A stretch of DNA of 60,134 nt from a virus (taxonomy: Duplodnaviria > Caudoviricetes). Both the position numbers and the translations under genes were made by a program. Under the pieces are notes generated by a model, which was not told the DNA's origin, searched no databases, and saw only the letters and a program-made list of their open reading frames with translations. The stretch covers positions 1 to 60,134 of the IMG/VR virus record IMGVR_UViG_3300028025_004184, one strand, 5' to 3'. This document shows, piece by piece, positions 48,059 through 57,881 of the stretch; the first letter of the stretch is position 1; each line of letters begins with the position of its first letter.

Positions 48059-48334
48059 ATGCAAGAGCAATTAGACAAAATTGAAGAAAAAGTTGACAGA
48101 ATTGAGTCTAAGATATCTAACATAGATGTTACTCTTGCTAAGCAAGAAGTAAACTTAGCTGAACATATGAGAAGAACTGAGTTGAATGAAATAGCGGTTG
48201 AAAAAATAAGAGAAACATTAGTTCCCATAAACAAACACGTAAATATGTTAGAAGGTGTTTTTAAATTTTTTGGACTAATATCTATTTTATTAGGAATTGT
48301 AGTTTCTTTATTAAAACTAATTAGTTTGATGTAA
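48059..48334 (+). CDS. holin/XhlA-like membrane protein
   Basis: Coiled coil plus a single C-terminal TM segment. Confidence 0.55.
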   Translation: MQEQLDKIEEKVDRIESKISNIDVTLAKQEVNLAEHMRRTELNEIAVEKIRETLVPINKHVNMLEGVFKFFGLISILLGIVVSLLKLISLM

Positions 48335-48956
48335 AATATTCAAAAATTAAGTTTCTAGTATGTGTAGCTTTTTTTCTACAAACTTTAATAATAGTAGTAG
48401 CATGAAGCCCTAATTCTTGTGCCGCAATAGACGCTGATTGATAAATCACTCCAGTATTAATACAAATAACAGGCTTGCATCCATGACCTCTGAGTTTTCT
48501 AGTTTCAGATATCTTTTTCTTAGTTCCCTCTGACCTTAGTTTTCCATACATTGGGTTATTAATACCTTTTACCTTTTCTGATGTTTTTCTTTTTGATTCT
48601 TCACTTCTCTTCTTGCCATACATCGGATTTCCTTTGCCAGAATATAAAACAGATCTATATTTTATAGTAGACTCTTGAGCTTTAAATCCCCACGCACCCT
48701 CTCCACCATTAGTAAGATTTGCTTCACAATAACCTAAAGATTTATACAGCTTTATTAATTCAACTTCTTTTTTATAAGCTTCTTTTTGAGTTAAATTTTT
48801 TAAAATTATTTGAACTTTATAACCAATTTTAGAAATGCTTTTCCAGTATTTGTTCCTACTCTTTTTCTGAAAAGCTCTATCCCCACTACCTTTCCCTATA
48901 TAAAATGGAGTATTATTATCAATTCTTATGTGTCTATAAATATAATACTTATTCAT
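48321..48956 (-). CDS. GIY-YIG homing endonuclease with NUMOD3/NUMOD1-type repeats
   Basis: YYIY...FYIGKG..R, NLTNGGEG, NPMYGK twice, KPVICINTG. Confidence 0.9.
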   Translation of the reverse strand: MNKYYIYRHIRIDNNTPFYIGKGSGDRAFQKKSRNKYWKSISKIGYKVQIILKNLTQKEAYKKEVELIKLYKSLGYCEANLTNGGEGAWGFKAQESTIKYRSVLYSGKGNPMYGKKRSEESKRKTSEKVKGINNPMYGKLRSEGTKKKISETRKLRGHGCKPVICINTGVIYQSASIAAQELGLHATTIIKVCRKKATHTRNLIFEYFTSN

Positions 48957-49149
48957 ACATAATTAGGCTTATTTCTTAATACAAAAAGCTTTCACTTTAA
49001 ATGACTTACTTTCTAGAGCAACAAGCTTCTCAATAGCTTGCATGCATGTTATGTTAGATTTAAAATCCTGAGTTTTAAGCTGGACTTCACCTGACAAAGA
49101 AAAATAGTAAAAAAATAAAACGTACATTATAGTAATTCCTTTTCAAGGC

Positions 49150-49584
49150 TTAAAAATTTACACTTATTGCATGAGTAATAATCCCAAATGATACTAGGTT
49201 ATCAACCACAATTTGGTAATCATCTGTTGTAATCACAGGTATCTTAATATCTAGTCCGATAACTGGAGTAAACCCAGCGACTGACGGAGGAACAATTCCA
49301 CGTTTTTGAAAAGTATTAAAATTAGTATTATACCCACCTATCATAAAATCAGTGTACTCACCAACTTTAAAGCTAGATATTGGTCCAACAATATTCCCAC
49401 AAGCCGAATCTTTACCCTTAAGAATACCTATCTTAGCCTTATCGCTTCCAGCCATAGCTATAACGTATTCGTTATGTATAGTTCCAACATTATTTATAGT
49501 ATTACAATAATTTAACTTAGGAGCCATGTAGTGATGTGTTATTCCGCCGTAAATCAGGGATATCATACTTTTCCTCCATGCCAC
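49150..49584 (-). CDS. hypothetical beta-rich protein
   Basis: ORF ending in Phe. Confidence 0.6.
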   Translation of the reverse strand: MAWRKSMISLIYGGITHHYMAPKLNYCNTINNVGTIHNEYVIAMAGSDKAKIGILKGKDSACGNIVGPISSFKVGEYTDFMIGGYNTNFNTFQKRGIVPPSVAGFTPVIGLDIKIPVITTDDYQIVVDNLVSFGIITHAISVNF

Positions 49585-49665
49585 TATAAAGTTTGTGACA
49601 TGCCAAAAATCCTAGCATGAAGAAAAGGAAAGCACAACATATAAAAGTTCCCCAAGTCATATCTT

Positions 49666-50229
49666 TCATGATCCTACAATCCAATGTTTTTCATTAGCTT
49701 TATACTTCGGAAGTTCTTCTTGCTCAAATAAAGCCTTATCTAAAAACCTAATTCTATACTGTGGATAAAGCATAAGATAGCCATCATTTGTCTGAATGGC
49801 GTGTAACTGTTTCCAGTGAGTAGGGTGGCGAGAAAACCCCTCTCCAACAAAATCTATAGTAAAAAGATACTTTCCAGACTTGGCTGGTATCATATCAGGC
49901 TTAACTTCACACTCAGCGTACCTAAGAGTTTCCATAACAAAAAAGTCAATGTCATCGCTTACACAGTCCCACATCTGAGCGTCTTGAAGGTTTATAAGCC
50001 CATTAAACTCGTCCTCTCTAAAGGTTATGGCATGTGCCGGTAGTCCAGTAAAAAGAGCACCATTGTCCAATAAAATGCTAAATTGCAAAGCTTGGTTTTG
50101 TCTAGCCCTTACAGACACTAAATGTCCAGCCGTTTTGCCATAGAAGTTAGAGTCATCATTAAATAAGAACCTATTCCAAACATACACACGAATTGGAGGC
50201 AAGTTAGCGTTACTCATCCCCAAACCCAC
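49666..50229 (-). CDS. hypothetical phage protein
   Basis: Long ORF; probable start MSNANLPP at 50217. Confidence 0.75.
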   Translation of the reverse strand: MGLGMSNANLPPIRVYVWNRFLFNDDSNFYGKTAGHLVSVRARQNQALQFSILLDNGALFTGLPAHAITFREDEFNGLINLQDAQMWDCVSDDIDFFVMETLRYAECEVKPDMIPAKSGKYLFTIDFVGEGFSRHPTHWKQLHAIQTNDGYLMLYPQYRIRFLDKALFEQEELPKYKANEKHWIVGS

Positions 50230-51143
50230 TTAGGTTTACCACTCAACACTACCATAGAGTCTAGCGTGAATTGTTTTGGTTTAATCGCTAAGCTAGGGGC
50301 CTCAAACTGAGCGTTTAGCAAAGCTTCATCCAGTACACTGTGTAAGCCCCTAGCTCCTAATCCCTTCTCAATAGCCTTCTGCGCTATGATGTTAATAGCA
50401 CTATCTTCTACCACAAGCTCAATACCTTCGCTCAAAAACCACTCTTTAAACGAGTTTAGAATAGACCCCTTAGAGTCACGTAGGATCTTCCTGTAATCGT
50501 CAAATTTAAGCTCCTGAAGCTGTGTGATAACCGGGAATCTTCCAAGAAACTCAGGTATCATGCCAAAGTCCGTTAAACTCTGCACACTTGACGACTCTAG
50601 CCCTATAAAAGCACCAGAGCATATAAACATAATATCTTTAGTGTTCATCTTCTTATCATACTCGCCATTCTGAGAGTATTTAGAAATATATGGAACATCA
50701 CTACCTTCCAGTAGTTTTAGAAGTGACTGCTGCACTCCAAGACCATTAACATCTGGTCCATTTCCGTCATTAGATTTTTTACGAAGCTTATCTATCTCAT
50801 CGATGTATATAATAGACTTTGAGGCCTTATACTCGTTGCCTTCGCATATACCCAGTAAGTCTGTTATAAGTTCTTCTACACTTCTTCCCTGATATCCAGA
50901 GGAAGTGAACTGAGTTGCGTCACTTGTCAAAAAGTTAACGCCTAGTATTTGAGCCAGTATGGACACTAGATATGTCTTGCCACACCCAGTAGGTCCGATT
51001 AATAGCACGTTAGACTTTTTAATAGTACTGCCGTTCATTCTTTTAAAATGGTTATAAGCGGCCACAGACAAGGCTCTTTTAGTTTTCTCATGACCGATAA
51101 CGTACTCATCTAGCTGCTTTTTAATTTCTTCTGGAGTTTTCAT
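50214..51143 (-). CDS. clpX: ClpX-like AAA+ ATPase lacking the N-terminal Zn domain and IGF loop
   Basis: LDEYVIGH, KSNVLLIGPTGCGKT, IYIDEIDK, GVQQSLLKLLEG, PEFLGRF, GARGL. Confidence 0.9.
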   Translation of the reverse strand: MKTPEEIKKQLDEYVIGHEKTKRALSVAAYNHFKRMNGSTIKKSNVLLIGPTGCGKTYLVSILAQILGVNFLTSDATQFTSSGYQGRSVEELITDLLGICEGNEYKASKSIIYIDEIDKLRKKSNDGNGPDVNGLGVQQSLLKLLEGSDVPYISKYSQNGEYDKKMNTKDIMFICSGAFIGLESSSVQSLTDFGMIPEFLGRFPVITQLQELKFDDYRKILRDSKGSILNSFKEWFLSEGIELVVEDSAINIIAQKAIEKGLGARGLHSVLDEALLNAQFEAPSLAIKPKQFTLDSMVVLSGKPKWVWG

Positions 51144-51145
51144 TC

Positions 51146-51700
51146 TTAGTCTTCACTCTGAGTAATTAAGTCTTCAATTGTAGTGTTGTCCAGCTCTTCA
51201 ACATTGCTATTGTACTGAACGTCTTCAAAAGACTCTAGCTGCAATCCTTTAGCCGCATTGTTCTGAATGTCGTATCTTCTTTTATAATCATCAGAGTTTA
51301 TTTCTCTCTGCTCCCAAAAGTCATACGCCATATTGCCAAGCGACTTACTTTTCTTGTTAAAGTCTTCAATAGCAGTCTCAACTTCCATTGGATAGAACCC
51401 ATTCTGATCAAAGAACTTTACGTTCTCTTTTTTCTTTGAAAGCTTCTTAGCTTTTTTAAAAAGTCTGGTAGATTCTTGATCTGTGTTGAAAGTTCCGTGA
51501 ACAAACTCTTTGTAGTAATTGTTTAGAAAATCTTTCTCATTGTCATCTAAAGCACGTATTACCTTCTCACCATGTTCGTTAACTACTCCAGAAAGATAGG
51601 AAGCTTCTATAAACTCCTGCCTCTGAACTCTCGCACCTTTTTTATTCAGGTACTGAAAGTTTTTTTTGTGCTTTTTTACTTTGCCAGTGTTGCTTGTCAT
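51146..51700 (-). CDS. hypothetical protein
   Basis: ORF in operon. Confidence 0.75.
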   Translation of the reverse strand: MTSNTGKVKKHKKNFQYLNKKGARVQRQEFIEASYLSGVVNEHGEKVIRALDDNEKDFLNNYYKEFVHGTFNTDQESTRLFKKAKKLSKKKENVKFFDQNGFYPMEVETAIEDFNKKSKSLGNMAYDFWEQREINSDDYKRRYDIQNNAAKGLQLESFEDVQYNSNVEELDNTTIEDLITQSED

Positions 51701-52031
51701 ATTGTTTCGCAGCCTTTAAAATATCTTGGTTAACTTCAAAAATACCCTCTTTGATCATATAATACCGCTGATGGTTTTTTCGGTAATCTGGAAAGTGTTT
51801 TCCAAATGTTTGGAAGAAGGTTATTTTCTTAGCCTTCTTCTTAACTTGATCAACTCTCCAGATAGATCTATATACGTAGAATATTAAATAATTTGGTACA
51901 GCCTGAGTTCCAGATTCGATACTTAGATCCTGTATAAAACTTAACACATCTCTATTATCTTCTCTCTGCTTTCTTTGGTCTCTAGGCTTTTCTTCAATTA
52001 ATTTCAATAACTCTTCAATAGATTTTGGCAT
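51642..52031 (-). CDS. hypothetical protein, possibly DNA-binding
   Basis: ORF with AAGG RBS; basic and aromatic composition. Confidence 0.7.
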   Translation of the reverse strand: MPKSIEELLKLIEEKPRDQRKQREDNRDVLSFIQDLSIESGTQAVPNYLIFYVYRSIWRVDQVKKKAKKITFFQTFGKHFPDYRKNHQRYYMIKEGIFEVNQDILKAAKQYDKQHWQSKKAQKKLSVPE

Positions 52032-52038
52032 AGCTACC

Positions 52039-52809
52039 TTAAAAAGTCAAACTAACTTTTTTGTTTCTTACTTCAATAAACTTTCTAGCATGTGAGAAGT
52101 TTTCTTTCTTAACATCTCTAGAGAACTTGATATCAATAGGAGCTGGAAGCAATGGACATGCCGAGAACACTACATTAATGATACCGAATGGAGTAGAAAC
52201 TTCTTCTGTGATCTCATCTTCAATAAGAGCTTTATCACATGTAACATCAGCTACTTGATCAGCTTGTCCAGTTTTTACAGCGTTCTCTCCAAAGCTCCAA
52301 AGCTCATTAACGATAGAGGCTTCGTAGTCTTTTAGAGGAATACCGATTCGTTTAGCAGCAGCTTTGTTCATGCCAGACAATACTTGATGAATTAGATCAA
52401 GTCTAGAATCTAGTTCTCCGGGAACTTGCCCAGACAGTCCTGAGATTGCACCTCTGTGACTCATCAATGTTCCAGATGGAGTGATGTATCGAATACCGAG
52501 TTGCTGAACTACTTGATAGCCCATAGATGCAGCTGATAGTGTAATTGTGTGAACAGGAATCTTTAGTGACTTAATTGTATCAATAAATCTTAGACCGTCC
52601 GCAACAGATCCACCCGGAGTGTCTAGAACTAAATAAAGCTTATTTGAAGACGTAGACTTAGCAAATACTTCCATGATCTTTTTAGCAACATACAGTCCAG
52701 TAAATGGCTGGTTAAAAACTACACTATTATCTTTAGTAAGTGTAATTTGTGCATTTTTAGCGAAGGCAGTATTGCAAATTAAAGCAATAATCATAATTAA
52801 TTTTAACAT
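52039..52809 (-). CDS. ClpP/crotonase-fold serine protease with signal peptide
   Basis: LDTPGGSV..G, AASMG (Ser), LMSHR (His); N-terminal MLKLIMIIALICNTAFA. Confidence 0.8.
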   Translation of the reverse strand: MLKLIMIIALICNTAFAKNAQITLTKDNSVVFNQPFTGLYVAKKIMEVFAKSTSSNKLYLVLDTPGGSVADGLRFIDTIKSLKIPVHTITLSAASMGYQVVQQLGIRYITPSGTLMSHRGAISGLSGQVPGELDSRLDLIHQVLSGMNKAAAKRIGIPLKDYEASIVNELWSFGENAVKTGQADQVADVTCDKALIEDEITEEVSTPFGIINVVFSACPLLPAPIDIKFSRDVKKENFSHARKFIEVRNKKVSLTF

Positions 52810-52886
52810 GAACTCTCCAATAATAAAAAAACAAACGTAACTGTTTGTGATAAAGTTGTAACATATTTTGTAAGAAAAAACAATAT

Positions 52887-53204
52887 TTATTTCTTACACT
52901 CTCCAATTAATACTACTCCGTCCAAAAATCCTCCTCTTTCCAAGAACTTAGCTTCTCTTTTTTCGAAGATTAGGTCGGTTATATTTTGCTTAACTGCTAT
53001 GGCTCTGATAACTTCAAGCACATCTGCCAACTCTTCTGCAAGGTCAGATATGGACTCTGCACCAGCCACTTCGTTAGCTTCCTCTACGATCTTATTCTTC
53101 AATAATTGGAGCATCTCATCATCAGACGCTTTCCTAGTATTAAGAGTTTCACCTCTTTTAGAATATACATACTCTACTATCTTGTCACGAACTAATTTTT
53201 CCAC
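52887..53204 (-). CDS. all-alpha NTP pyrophosphohydrolase (HisE/MazG superfamily)
   Basis: KLVRDKI, K..EEA.E, EELADVLEV, RGGF. Confidence 0.85.
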   Translation of the reverse strand: MEKLVRDKIVEYVYSKRGETLNTRKASDDEMLQLLKNKIVEEANEVAGAESISDLAEELADVLEVIRAIAVKQNITDLIFEKREAKFLERGGFLDGVVLIGECKK

Positions 53205-53347
53205 TAAAGTAACTCCCTTCCAAGAGCAGTTTTCTGCAACTCTTTCTCCAATTCACGATCTTCTAACAGTTCCTTCGCTTCTTCTATTGATATAAGACCT
53301 GACTCTAATAGAATAAGCATTAATTGAACTTTACTGTCAAAACTCAT
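53204..53347 (-). CDS. 47-aa protein, C-terminus TALGRELL
   Basis: MSFDSKVQLMLILLESGLISIEEAKELLEDRELEKELQKTALGRELL; overlaps both neighbours; below the ORF track cutoff. Confidence 0.7.
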   Translation of the reverse strand: MSFDSKVQLMLILLESGLISIEEAKELLEDRELEKELQKTALGRELL

Positions 53348-53757
53348 TTCTTATTCTCTCTTCTAGCCAATGCCCTATCACCTCTTTCAGCCAAGCTCTT
53401 AGATTTATGGCAAATCCAGCATATGCTCTGAACATTGTCCTCTTCACAAAACATTCTAGTTATCACCTTATTCCAATCCTTATTCTTACCAGAGTCTTCA
53501 ACTGGAATAACTGGCTCAATATGATCAACATCCATTCTACCAGCTATAGCTGTTGGATAGTCATTTCTTATAGACTCTATAGATCTTTTTCCAGTATAAA
53601 TTATTTGCTTGCATAAAGGGCATTTATGAAGCTCAGGGCCTATCTTAGTCTTTTTCTTTGCCCTTAATATTGGAGGCCACTGCTTTGTCAACTTTCTTAA
53701 TGCCGACATTATTTTTGATTCGAATTTCTTGTCCACTAGGTTTCTCCGGTTTAACAC
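53344..53757 (-). CDS. HNH-family nuclease
   Basis: CPLC...DVDHIEPV...NVQSICWICHKSKS. Confidence 0.8.
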   Translation of the reverse strand: MLNRRNLVDKKFESKIMSALRKLTKQWPPILRAKKKTKIGPELHKCPLCKQIIYTGKRSIESIRNDYPTAIAGRMDVDHIEPVIPVEDSGKNKDWNKVITRMFCEEDNVQSICWICHKSKSLAERGDRALARRENKK

Positions 53758-54064
53758 TTACTACTTCTACTTTAGGATCAGGATACCTAACCAGCTTATC
53801 TTTTATAGCCGTAAGACCATAGTCTTGTAACATATTAAAAGCACTAACCTGTGGTAGCATTTTTCCATAGAACGGACTTCTAAACCAGTCCCCAACTAGC
53901 ACTATATATAATTGCTTATTATCTAGCTCTACCAAGGTTCCACTATTATTGGACAATATCGTAGCCTTAACTGGAGTTACCCAGTCTTTTTTTGTGGCAT
54001 CAGCAGCATTGCTGTTTACAACATCATCCAGTGTAATTCTAATTCCTCTAACTAATTTACTCAA
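53645..54064 (-). CDS. hypothetical protein
   Basis: ORF; overlaps the HNH 5' end, so one start is uncertain. Confidence 0.5.
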   Translation of the reverse strand: MSKLVRGIRITLDDVVNSNAADATKKDWVTPVKATILSNNSGTLVELDNKQLYIVLVGDWFRSPFYGKMLPQVSAFNMLQDYGLTAIKDKLVRYPDPKVEVVSVKPEKPSGQEIRIKNNVGIKKVDKAVASNIKGKEKD

Positions 54065-54233
54065 CTTCTACCTCGCAATAATCTTCTTCGTTTCCGCTAA
54101 TTCTCATATAATATTCAGTCTGATCTACTGAGATGCATCCACACTTACAAGTAACATACTCTCCGGGATATCTGGAGCTTATTATATCTGCACAGTTATT
54201 ACATCTAAGTTTAACAGGCTCAAAATAAGTCAT
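54057..54233 (-). CDS. 58-aa zinc-ribbon protein (RCNNCAD...TCKCGCISVD)
   Basis: CxxC/CxC; GAGG RBS; below the ORF track cutoff. Confidence 0.7.
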   Translation of the reverse strand: MTYFEPVKLRCNNCADIISSRYPGEYVTCKCGCISVDQTEYYMRISGNEEDYCEVEVE

Positions 54234-54511
54234 TTCTTCCTCACTGATCTATACCCACAAGCTGACTCACATAAGTCTAAATATCCCATAGGTAACTCTG
54301 TTGTCTTTACTGAAGCTCCGCACTTAGGACATTCTCTTTCTACCACTTTCTTAACAAACTTTTCAGGCTTAGTAATCTTAACATCTTTTTCTTTTTCTTT
54401 CAACAATTTTTTTAGTTTAGCAACCTCTTGCTTGAGATCCTTTATTTGACGCTCCATCTCATATTCTATTTCTAAGTTAGCTTTTCGTTTTCTTCCCATT
54501 AGATACCTCAA
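54230..54511 (-). CDS. coiled-coil plus zinc-ribbon protein
   Basis: CPKCG...CESACG. Confidence 0.7.
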   Translation of the reverse strand: MRYLMGRKRKANLEIEYEMERQIKDLKQEVAKLKKLLKEKEKDVKITKPEKFVKKVVERECPKCGASVKTTELPMGYLDLCESACGYRSVRKK

Positions 54512-54704
54512 GTAAGTATATTTATGATCTATCTTTACTTTTCTTTGACTTCATATACCTTTCCATCAATATAAACAATATTTGTTTTAAGACTGGTTTT
54601 TGACACAAACTCTTCAACTATGATCCATCCAGTCACGCCTAACATTATCACAAAGCTTATGTAAAATCCAATTAAAAAACTATTCATACATTTTATAAAT
54701 CTCA

Positions 54705-54914
54705 TCATTTACTCATTTCTTGAATAAGCTTATCTAAGTATATTTTAGCTTTTTTCAAATCCTCAATACCATTCTTTTCTTTATATCTCCAGACGTATTT
54801 GATTATATTACCCTCTAAGAAGTTCATTTCCTGATCTATGATTACGTCCCAGCATTCTAATTTACCACGCTTATTGTATCTAACTGGCTTTTCTACATCT
54901 TCTACTTTTTTCAT
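54705..54914 (-). CDS. DUF3310 family protein (T7 gp1.7-like)
   Basis: V.KP.RY...GNIIKYVWRYKEKNGIEDLKKA..YL. Confidence 0.85.
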   Translation of the reverse strand: MKKVEDVEKPVRYNKRGKLECWDVIIDQEMNFLEGNIIKYVWRYKEKNGIEDLKKAKIYLDKLIQEMSK

Positions 54915-55147
54915 AGCACAACCTCGTCTGCAGCTTGGTTTAGATAATCCTTTACTTCTTTCTCACTTAAAGCCATCCACTCACATATATCCTCTATTTT
55001 CTCGTCACATACATATAACATACATACAAACCACTTAACTCCACCAATGTGAATTAGTCCGTCCATAGCTAATCTTACCTCAGACTTGGTAGGAATGCCA
55101 TAAATGAATCTGTGAATTTTAAAAATAATTTTAGCTATTTTTTTCAT
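54911..55147 (-). CDS. hypothetical protein, possible HTH
   Basis: IEDICEWMALSEKEVKDYL. Confidence 0.6.
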   Translation of the reverse strand: MKKIAKIIFKIHRFIYGIPTKSEVRLAMDGLIHIGGVKWFVCMLYVCDEKIEDICEWMALSEKEVKDYLNQAADEVVL

Positions 55148-55473
55148 CGTAAAAAAAAGTTTAGAATTTGGTCTACCATTAAAAACATTTCTGCACCATG
55201 CTCTCCAAATATCTCAGCGCAAACCTCTTCCATTTGATCTGCGGTTAGGCTAGAGGAGTTTATACTGCAACACATTACATAAGCATGCATAAGCTCGTGC
55301 CTAACATACTCTGGAGATAATTCAGATAGCTTAAAAAAAATCTCATGCTCTTTTGTGTATGTAATAGCGTGACTATCTCTTCCGTGTAGTCTATGATAGG
55401 TAGAAGTTGCTTGAGCGTAGATTTTCCAATCTACACCCTTTATCTTAACTGTAAGAAACTTAGACTTTTTCAT
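55144..55473 (-). CDS. small HExxH metallopeptidase-like protein
   Basis: VRHELMHAY...EEVC. Confidence 0.65.
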   Translation of the reverse strand: MKKSKFLTVKIKGVDWKIYAQATSTYHRLHGRDSHAITYTKEHEIFFKLSELSPEYVRHELMHAYVMCCSINSSSLTADQMEEVCAEIFGEHGAEMFLMVDQILNFFLR

Positions 55474-55670
55474 TTTAATCTCTTAATTATATCTTCCTCT
55501 TCACCATCAAGATTAGCTCTAATATACTCTCCAATTACTAATCCGTCAACCCAATAGAAATCCTTGTTCATTTCTATAATAGGTTTTGCAAAACTTAATG
55601 CATCATTCTTATCTTCAAAGCTCTTGAATTTTGGAGTACCGTCGTCTACGTATAACACCGTGTATTTCAC
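55470..55670 (-). CDS. hypothetical protein
   Basis: ORF in operon. Confidence 0.6.
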   Translation of the reverse strand: MKYTVLYVDDGTPKFKSFEDKNDALSFAKPIIEMNKDFYWVDGLVIGEYIRANLDGEEEDIIKRLK

Positions 55671-56476
55671 TTCTTACCTTTACTTGCGTTATAGGCTCTC
55701 ATAGCATCAGTTACTTTAGCATTACCTTTAGCAAATTTAGCAAGAGTTTCTACAAAAAGCTCTTCCATACTAAGTACATCAAATTGATTATATTTCTTCA
55801 TACATTCCCAAGCTTTTCTATTACCTTTCATACATTGATCCCATAGATCCCATCCGGGAAATTGCTTATGCGATTGTTTTTTATATTTTCTATTGAAACG
55901 CTCAGTCATGTAAGCTAAGCTATACCAAGGAAGTCTTAAGTGCCTTTTAGCAATCTTCTTAGTATCTATAGTCTTATACTCATCTGGAACTGGAAGTTTA
56001 TGCTCTGCAATTCTATTATTTATTTCTCCATAATCAAATCCATCACCATTTTGCCAAATAATAATATCGGACTCACTCATTAACTTAACTAATGGTTTTA
56101 ATAAATCTTTTTCATTCATTAAATTCTTTTCATTTCCACGCTGATCTTTATAAAAAATCTCCTTTTCTCCAATCCATTTAGCTGACCAAGAAAGAATGGC
56201 TCCATCTTCAATCATCATATTATAACTAAGATTTTGTTGCCAAACACCCCAATGCCACGATTTCTTAGGCTTTGTTTCAATATCTACTAATAAAACTCTA
56301 GGAAGTTCTTTTTCTACATCTAAAGCATAAACGTCAATTGCATGCTTAATAGAATCTGGAGATCTAGTATAATTAAATCTAATTCTAAATTTCTTTGCAA
56401 TTTCAAATCTGGAATAACCTTTCTTGTAATGAGTAAGTACAAAAGTTATTTCCGTAGTGCTCCATTCTTTTTTCAC
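55667..56476 (-). CDS. DEDD/RNase H-like 3'-5' exonuclease with N-terminal HTH-like region
   Basis: LVDIET, NGDGFD, IDT, YNQFDV. Confidence 0.85.
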   Translation of the reverse strand: MKKEWSTTEITFVLTHYKKGYSRFEIAKKFRIRFNYTRSPDSIKHAIDVYALDVEKELPRVLLVDIETKPKKSWHWGVWQQNLSYNMMIEDGAILSWSAKWIGEKEIFYKDQRGNEKNLMNEKDLLKPLVKLMSESDIIIWQNGDGFDYGEINNRIAEHKLPVPDEYKTIDTKKIAKRHLRLPWYSLAYMTERFNRKYKKQSHKQFPGWDLWDQCMKGNRKAWECMKKYNQFDVLSMEELFVETLAKFAKGNAKVTDAMRAYNASKGKK

Positions 56477-56772
56477 TCCAACTCCTTTAATAATCCAGTT
56501 TTTTTACTAATCTCATATTCATGATAGTAACTCTCAACCATCTTACCATGACTCATATTACGAGGTAAACAAAAATATGTATATGGTCTAGAGTTTCTAG
56601 CAATTAAAATTATTTCGAACTCCGTGTCGTTAATCATTACAAACTCGCCAACTTTAAATCTAGGTTTTTTTAATTTCCTATAAATCCAATAATAAGCTTG
56701 TGTCAACTTCTCTGTGTGTAGAAGAATAATATTGATTATAAGCAATACTGCGACTATTATCATTATTACCAT
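56473..56772 (-). CDS. membrane-anchored small protein, C-terminus TGLLKELE
   Basis: N-terminal TM segment; PRFKVGEFV. Confidence 0.7.
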   Translation of the reverse strand: MVIMIIVAVLLIINIILLHTEKLTQAYYWIYRKLKKPRFKVGEFVMINDTEFEIILIARNSRPYTYFCLPRNMSHGKMVESYYHEYEISKKTGLLKELE

Positions 56773-56899
56773 TATAGCTTATGTCCCAATAAAATTAACG
56801 TAGATATCAGCGTTATTGCTTGTATCAGCACCTGCGCAAACTGTAGCTTAGATTGTAGCTTTTGCAACTTAATTCTTTCCAAATGATAGTCTTCTGGTC

Positions 56900-57289
56900 T
56901 CATGGCATGAAAAACCTTTTACCACTCTTAGGTGGCACTATTTGACAATGTACCCATGTTGTAGTTACAGAGAAGTCTTCAAACCAAAGACCAATGTTAC
57001 CACAAAACTCTTCGTTGTTTTTAATCCATCTCTGGAGATCTTTAATATCTTTACAAACTAAGTCACAAGCCTCTCCAGACAAATGCTTGCTTTTCATTGG
57101 AATTTGTGACTTATCAGTTATACCTTTATCTTTGTATATTCTTAGATGATCCTCTAGTGATCTGTAGCCAGAACTAATGCTTAATGGCTTACCGTAAGCT
57201 TCTCTTAACTGAGAAACAATAGCGTGTAAATCTTGCAAGTTTTCCCAGTGGTCTGCTGGAATTTTTAGTAGCTCTCTAAGTTCAATCAC
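56900..57289 (-). CDS. peptidase M15 family protein (endolysin candidate)
   Basis: ISSGYRS, SKHLSGEACD, WVH. Confidence 0.85.
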   Translation of the reverse strand: MIELRELLKIPADHWENLQDLHAIVSQLREAYGKPLSISSGYRSLEDHLRIYKDKGITDKSQIPMKSKHLSGEACDLVCKDIKDLQRWIKNNEEFCGNIGLWFEDFSVTTTWVHCQIVPPKSGKRFFMP

Positions 57290-57290
57290 A

Positions 57291-57881
57291 CTAACCTCTT
57301 AACGGATGATCTTCTGGAAACTCTTGCTGCATAATTTCAAGATTCTTTCCATACTTAAGCCAGTATATGCCATTTTCACCTTTTATAAAGCTATCAACCT
57401 TAGCAATGGCCCAATAAAGTATATTGAACTTTCCCCACTTTGTCAATATAAAGTGTCTATCCACTAATGGAACTGAGAATGCAAACCTATACAGCTGATC
57501 CATATTATTCTGCCACAGATAATTCCTGTGTTTACCTTTTATTTCAAGTAACTGCTTAATTGTAGAAATAAGGCTAAACTTAGGAATTGGGTATGGAGAG
57601 AAACTCCATCCGTTAAGATGACTTTGCTTTAGAAATCCCAAAGAAGCCATTCCTAGAATCTCATCTCTTGATATTGGAGGAGAAAACTTAGCAGGACTTC
57701 TTAGCAGAACTCCATTACCTCTACAGCTGTCGAAACACACTTTGAGCATAGACATATCTAATTCAAGCCCATACTTCTCTGCATAAGCCGTATATATCCA
57801 GCCGTTATTGCTTGGTATAATATTTCTGTCCTTAACTGGCTTGTCGTGATATCGTCCCCACATGTCAATGTAATTATTCAA
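57291..57881 (-). CDS. hypothetical protein
   Basis: AAGGAG RBS, long ORF. Confidence 0.75.
   Translation of the reverse strand: MNNYIDMWGRYHDKPVKDRNIIPSNNGWIYTAYAEKYGLELDMSMLKVCFDSCRGNGVLLRSPAKFSPPISRDEILGMASLGFLKQSHLNGWSFSPYPIPKFSLISTIKQLLEIKGKHRNYLWQNNMDQLYRFAFSVPLVDRHFILTKWGKFNILYWAIAKVDSFIKGENGIYWLKYGKNLEIMQQEFPEDHPLRG

Noticed and set aside
50214-52809. Canonical phage ClpXP protease pair
   Set aside because: The ClpX lacks the IGF loop and the ClpP-like protein has a signal peptide
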